Under the pieces are notes generated by a model. It was not told the origin of the DNA. It saw only the letters and a list, made by a program, of their open reading frames with translations, and did not search any database. The position numbers and the translations under genes were made by a program. A stretch of DNA of 9,801 bases, from positions 9,035 to 18,835 of the forward strand of contig JBDGRI010000028.1 in assembly GCA_042218235.1 (NCBI GenBank), read 5' to 3'. The stretch is from Candidatus Pacearchaeota archaeon (GTDB taxonomy: Archaea > Nanobdellota > Nanobdellia > Pacearchaeales > GW2011-AR1). Positions within the stretch are counted from its first letter, which is position 1, and the number at the start of each line of letters is the position of its first letter. Of the stretch, positions 7,044 to 9,801 are shown piece after piece.

Positions 7044-7538
7044 TTACTCTTTACTATAAGAATCAGTAGAAGATTTTTCGTAGGAATCTCCACTTAATTT
7101 TTCTTTTGTGTAAGATGCTACTTCTTTTTTCGTTTCAGGATCATTAATATTTTTTATTACTTTTGAAATTTGATTCCTGGTGGACTTATTTGTTTCGAGT
7201 AACCCCGATTCATATGCTGCATCTACCGCCTTTTCATATACCTTTGAACCAATTTTTCCTCCATTTTTTTGAATTTCGTCCATTTTATCAAGGGCCTTTT
7301 TAATATAACCTCTCTTTTCTGCCTTAGAGCGAGAAGGGCCTTTCCCAAATTTATCGAGTCCAGCAATAATTTTTTCTCTCTTAAGTTTTGATTCATCGTC
7401 AGGATCTCGCTCATTTCTAAGATTATTATCGGCTATACGTTCGCCACCTTGAATTCCTCTCTTGGCAAACCCGTAAACACCAGCCTTCTCATAACTATCC
7501 AGCTCATTCAAAAATTCTTGCATATCGTCTTTAGCCAT
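7044..7538 (-). CDS. Hypothetical highly charged soluble protein
   Basis: 164-aa ORF, Lys/Glu/Asp-rich, no TM. It has its own TATA-like element (7578-7585) and a GAGAGG Shine-Dalgarno-like site 6 nt upstream of the ATG. It contains a recurring 'DSYEK'/'VYEKA'/'DSYSK' motif. No family recognised. Confidence 0.6.
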   Translation of the reverse strand: MAKDDMQEFLNELDSYEKAGVYGFAKRGIQGGERIADNNLRNERDPDDESKLKREKIIAGLDKFGKGPSRSKAEKRGYIKKALDKMDEIQKNGGKIGSKVYEKAVDAAYESGLLETNKSTRNQISKVIKNINDPETKKEVASYTKEKLSGDSYEKSSTDSYSKE

Positions 7539-7544
7539 TTTTAA

Positions 7545-7585
7545 CCTCTCTAAACTAATAAACCAAAATAACGCTATTATTTAAA
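7545..7585 (-). promoter_or_regulatory. TATA box (7578-7585, TTTAAATA on minus strand) plus Shine-Dalgarno-like GAGAGG (7545-7550) for the 164-aa gene
   Basis: The TATA box lies about 44 nt upstream of the ATG at 7538, leaving a short leader that contains GAGAGG 6 nt before the ATG. This is the only gene here with a clear leader and SD. Confidence 0.45.
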
Positions 7586-7597
7586 TTTTTCCCTCAA

Positions 7598-8350
7598 TTA
7601 ACCTTGAGTTTTAATGGACTTCTCCACATTGCCAATTAAAGAACTAACTTTTCCCTCATAATATTCTAAGTTTTCTGCTGTAAATTCATTCAAGCTTCCT
7701 TTAATCATCTTTTCTTCCAAGTCAATAATTTCTTTGTAGGTGTTTATGTTGGGTTTTGAAATTTTTTTACTAAAGTTATTTTCTACCTCTTTTATTATTC
7801 TTTTTTTGTCAACAATTACTTTATCGTTGAAAATCAACAATAATTGTAAGGCTTCAGTAGCAGCCTCGGAAAGGTCTGTTATGCCTCTTAGGAGAATGTT
7901 TTTATTTTCCAGAAAATTATCTTGCGACCTTTTAATTAAATTTTCAGCTAGTTCTTTTCTTTTGAAAGTTGAATTTCTTTTGACAAGCTCAGAAACTTCC
8001 TTTAATGTTTTTTCATTATCAATAACAATTAAACAATTTCTTAACGAGTCTATCACCCACGGCTCGCCTTTCAAAATCAATTTCCACCAATTGCTTAATG
8101 GTTGGACAGATTGCACATGAATAAAAACATCTTCGTGTTTGTTTTGTAATTCTTTTCGTTTCTTGTCTATTTCCTGCATGACCTCTCTTTTTTGAAACTC
8201 TCTGTCCTCCGCAATTATCATAACATCTATGTCATGAGGGTCTTTTTTATCTATAGAAGAGCCGTAGATATAAGCAAAGTCGATTTCTTCAGGATACTTT
8301 TTAGCAAGTTCTCTTATTTCTTTTTTTGCTTTTTGGATTTTTTTGTTCAT
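7598..8350 (-). CDS. Pol-beta superfamily nucleotidyltransferase with C-terminal helical (KNTase-C/HEPN-like) domain
   Basis: N-terminal helix, then 'FAYIYGSSIDKKDPHDIDVMII' = the G-S...D-x-D signature of minimal/kanamycin-type nucleotidyltransferases (G30 S31, D40, D42; nt 8225-8263). This is followed by 'LILKGEPWVIDSL..LIVID' and an all-helical C-terminal half of about 130 aa. Its ATG overlaps the upstream gene's TGA (ATGA, 8347-8350). Confidence 0.8.
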   Translation of the reverse strand: MNKKIQKAKKEIRELAKKYPEEIDFAYIYGSSIDKKDPHDIDVMIIAEDREFQKREVMQEIDKKRKELQNKHEDVFIHVQSVQPLSNWWKLILKGEPWVIDSLRNCLIVIDNEKTLKEVSELVKRNSTFKRKELAENLIKRSQDNFLENKNILLRGITDLSEAATEALQLLLIFNDKVIVDKKRIIKEVENNFSKKISKPNINTYKEIIDLEEKMIKGSLNEFTAENLEYYEGKVSSLIGNVEKSIKTQG

Positions 8351-9018
8351 TTGTTGCTTACCTCGTTTGAAAACATTACGCTTTTCTCAAATAATTCGTT
8401 AATCTTTTTTCCTGAAGGAAGATTTATGTCTCCATGCTCAAAGTCTTTGAAAGTTTTGATTACCTCTTTTGCTTCTTTAAGGTTCGGGGCTTTTGCCTTG
8501 CTAAGCGCTTTCGGTATATCTCGAGGGGAATCGACAGGATAACCTTCTTTCAACAAATAGGCTTGACCCGATTCAACAGTTGCAGTATATAAATTATCTA
8601 GAACTTGATATTTCAAGTGCCTTAAGTTTTTGAAACGCTCTTCAATATTTTGGAACTTTCTTATTATGGCTTCCTTAGTCCCAACAATTTCCCCTCTTTC
8701 AAGGTTGCTTCTTGTAGATCTTAGAATGTGAAGTTTGTCTTTTTTTATCGTACCTTTCTTTATACTAACAAGTAATTGCCTGTCCGGCTTTACAATTTTT
8801 TTAATCAATTGCTCCGGAGTAAGAATCACTTCGTTCTTATTTGGCTTTCTCGAAGTGTATGAAACAATATACTTCTTGCCTTCAAAATGCCATTCTCCTT
8901 TAACTTCGTTTTTTCTTCCAATCGGCTTTTTCTCAACGGAAGATTTCTTATTAGAATTCTTTTTAGACGATTTATTAGAAGAACTTTTCTTACTTTTCAC
9001 CTCTTTCTTCTTTGCCAT
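8347..9018 (-). CDS. Hypothetical protein: Lys/Ser-rich basic N-terminal tail plus an apparently inactivated nucleotidyltransferase-like body
   Basis: The first ~38 aa are 'MAKKKEVKSKKSSSNKSSKKNSNKKSSVEKKPIGRKNE'. The rest aligns by eye with the downstream NTase but lacks G-S and D-x-D ('KYIVSYTSRKPNKNEVIL' vs 'FAYIYGSSIDKKDPHDIDVMI'). Its helical C-terminal half has a matching pattern ('ATVESGQAYLL' vs 'EAATEALQLLL'). It has a 4-nt overlap with the NTase gene and a TATA-like element about 28 nt upstream. Confidence 0.65.
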   Translation of the reverse strand: MAKKKEVKSKKSSSNKSSKKNSNKKSSVEKKPIGRKNEVKGEWHFEGKKYIVSYTSRKPNKNEVILTPEQLIKKIVKPDRQLLVSIKKGTIKKDKLHILRSTRSNLERGEIVGTKEAIIRKFQNIEERFKNLRHLKYQVLDNLYTATVESGQAYLLKEGYPVDSPRDIPKALSKAKAPNLKEAKEVIKTFKDFEHGDINLPSGKKINELFEKSVMFSNEVSNK

Positions 9019-9040
9019 ATATTCCCTAAGGACTATTTCG

Positions 9041-9051
9041 TTTTAAATTTA
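9041..9051 (-). promoter_or_regulatory. TATA-box-like element for the 223-aa/NTase gene pair
   Basis: The minus strand reads TAAATTTAAAA, centred about 28 nt upstream of the ATG at 9018, in the 45-nt spacer after the TPR gene. Confidence 0.4.
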
Positions 9052-9063
9052 TTCTTTATTTTT

Positions 9064-9801
9064 TTAATATCTAAATCCTGCCTCCGCAAGATCTTTCTTG
9101 TCTTTGAAGTCTTTTGCACGTTTTTCATCTCCTTTTTTGCTGTATAAATCCACTAAATTTCCTAAGACTTCGACATCATGCTTATTCTTCCTAAATGCTT
9201 TCATATAGTTGTCTTCTGCTTTGTCAATTTCTCCCTCTTTTTCATATTTTTCTCCTGCTTTATTCCAATTTTTGGCAGCTTTGCTCAAGGCCTCATAAGT
9301 AACGGGAAATTCACCAAACTTATCAGATCCGTATGCTTTTTCGTAATCTCGTGCAGCGAGCTCATAATAGCCCTTTTTTTCAAAATATTCTGCCATCTTT
9401 AGACGGTTCCTCACCTGTTCCCTTAGAAGCTCTTTGGAAGGAACTTTGCTGAATGCTTCCTCATAAAGTGTAGCTGCCATGCCAAAATCTCCTTCTTCAT
9501 CTAGAATTTGTTCAGCTTCTTTTTTTAATTCAAAAGCTTTAATAGTGTCATCAAGATAACCTTTTAGTTGTTTCCATGCATTAGGATGTTGGCTTTCTAG
9601 GTTTTCTTTCATTTCTTTAACATATTTTATCTTAGAATCCGTATCCTCTAAAGATTCGTCAAATTTTTCATATACATCAGGTTTTTCCATACTTGATAGT
9701 TTTCCATAAGGCTGTTCTAATGCTTCTTTCTCGCCCTTCTCCTTGCCTTTCTGTATTCTTTCAGGAGAAAAATTATCCGACAATTTTTTTCTTTCCGCCA
9801 T
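9064..9801 (-). CDS. TPR-like helical repeat protein (start coincides with the window edge; may be N-terminally incomplete)
   Basis: Successive helix-hairpin units of about 34 aa with TPR-like signatures: 'GDFGMAATLYEEAFSK', 'LKMAEYFEKKGYYELAARDYEKAYG', 'WNKAGEKYEKEGEIDKAEDNYMKAFRKN', 'LGNLVDLYSKKGDEKRAKDF'. The ATG sits at 9799-9801, exactly at the window end, so an upstream extension cannot be excluded. Confidence 0.6.
   Translation of the reverse strand: MAERKKLSDNFSPERIQKGKEKGEKEALEQPYGKLSSMEKPDVYEKFDESLEDTDSKIKYVKEMKENLESQHPNAWKQLKGYLDDTIKAFELKKEAEQILDEEGDFGMAATLYEEAFSKVPSKELLREQVRNRLKMAEYFEKKGYYELAARDYEKAYGSDKFGEFPVTYEALSKAAKNWNKAGEKYEKEGEIDKAEDNYMKAFRKNKHDVEVLGNLVDLYSKKGDEKRAKDFKDKKDLAEAGFRY

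Noticed and set aside
7223-7414. Same-strand, alternative-frame 63-aa ORF inside the 164-aa gene
   Set aside because: A Lys/Arg/Leu-rich frame-shifted reading of an A-rich coding region. No independent promoter or SD. Mildly unusual in AT-rich DNA, but there is no evidence of function.
6212-8350. CBASS-like reading (NTase as cyclic-oligonucleotide synthase plus TM effector)
   Set aside because: The NTase is a short MNT/KNTase-like protein (250 aa) with a simple helical C-terminal half, not a CD-NTase two-lobe fold as far as can be judged. Another gene with its own promoter and SD separates it from the membrane gene. No cyclic-nucleotide-sensing domain (SAVED, STING, CARF) is apparent.
7598-9018. 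Classical HEPN/MNT type VII or AbiE type IV toxin-antitoxin call
   Set aside because: The sizes, the gene order, the lack of a clearly placed Rx4-6H motif, the G-S (not AbiEii-type) NTase motif and the absence of a wHTH antitoxin domain do not fit. It is kept as an analogy only.
7740-9402. Plus-strand ORFs 7740-8120, 8192-8542, 8735-9046, 8887-9147 and 9178-9402
   Set aside because: All are Phe/Leu/Ser-rich mirror images of the Lys/Glu-rich minus-strand genes (NTase, its partner, the TPR protein). These are classic antisense artefacts.
1-9801. Search for CRISPR repeats, tRNA/rRNA genes, transposases/integrases and long direct or terminal repeats
   Set aside because: No regularly spaced repeats, no G+C-rich cloverleaf-like islands, and no DDE, tyrosine- or serine-recombinase-like ORFs were seen. 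The accessory character rests only on gene content (vapBC, orphans).

Overview
AT-rich (about one-third G+C by eye), very gene-dense window that looks archaeal. Evidence: an archaeal/eukaryotic type 2 methionine aminopeptidase, and TTTAAA-type TATA boxes about 26-32 nt upstream of most start codons, which implies leaderless or short-leader mRNAs. No searches were possible; all calls rest on reading the ORF translations and the DNA.

Left half (45-4688), housekeeping: a minus-strand branched-chain amino-acid ABC importer module (livH, livM, LivJ/K-like binding protein) with no ATPase genes in view. It is followed by an overlapping class I SAM-dependent methyltransferase. A type 2 MetAP (map) is transcribed divergently.

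Right half (4692-9801), accessory-looking:
- an orphan 201-aa protein
- a canonical vapBC (AbrB/SpoVT antitoxin plus PIN toxin) pair with a 1-nt overlap
- five co-directional minus-strand genes: TPR-like protein, a 223-aa protein with a Lys/Ser-rich basic tail, a 250-aa Pol-beta-type nucleotidyltransferase (NTase), a 164-aa highly charged protein, and a 4-TM membrane protein that may be bestrophin/DUF4239-like

Most interesting observation: the 223-aa protein appears by eye to be a full-length, catalytically dead paralogue of the NTase it overlaps by 4 nt (ATGA). This suggests an active/inactive NTase pair that matches neither classical HEPN/MNT nor AbiE modules.

No rRNA, tRNA, CRISPR array, transposase or integrase was recognised.
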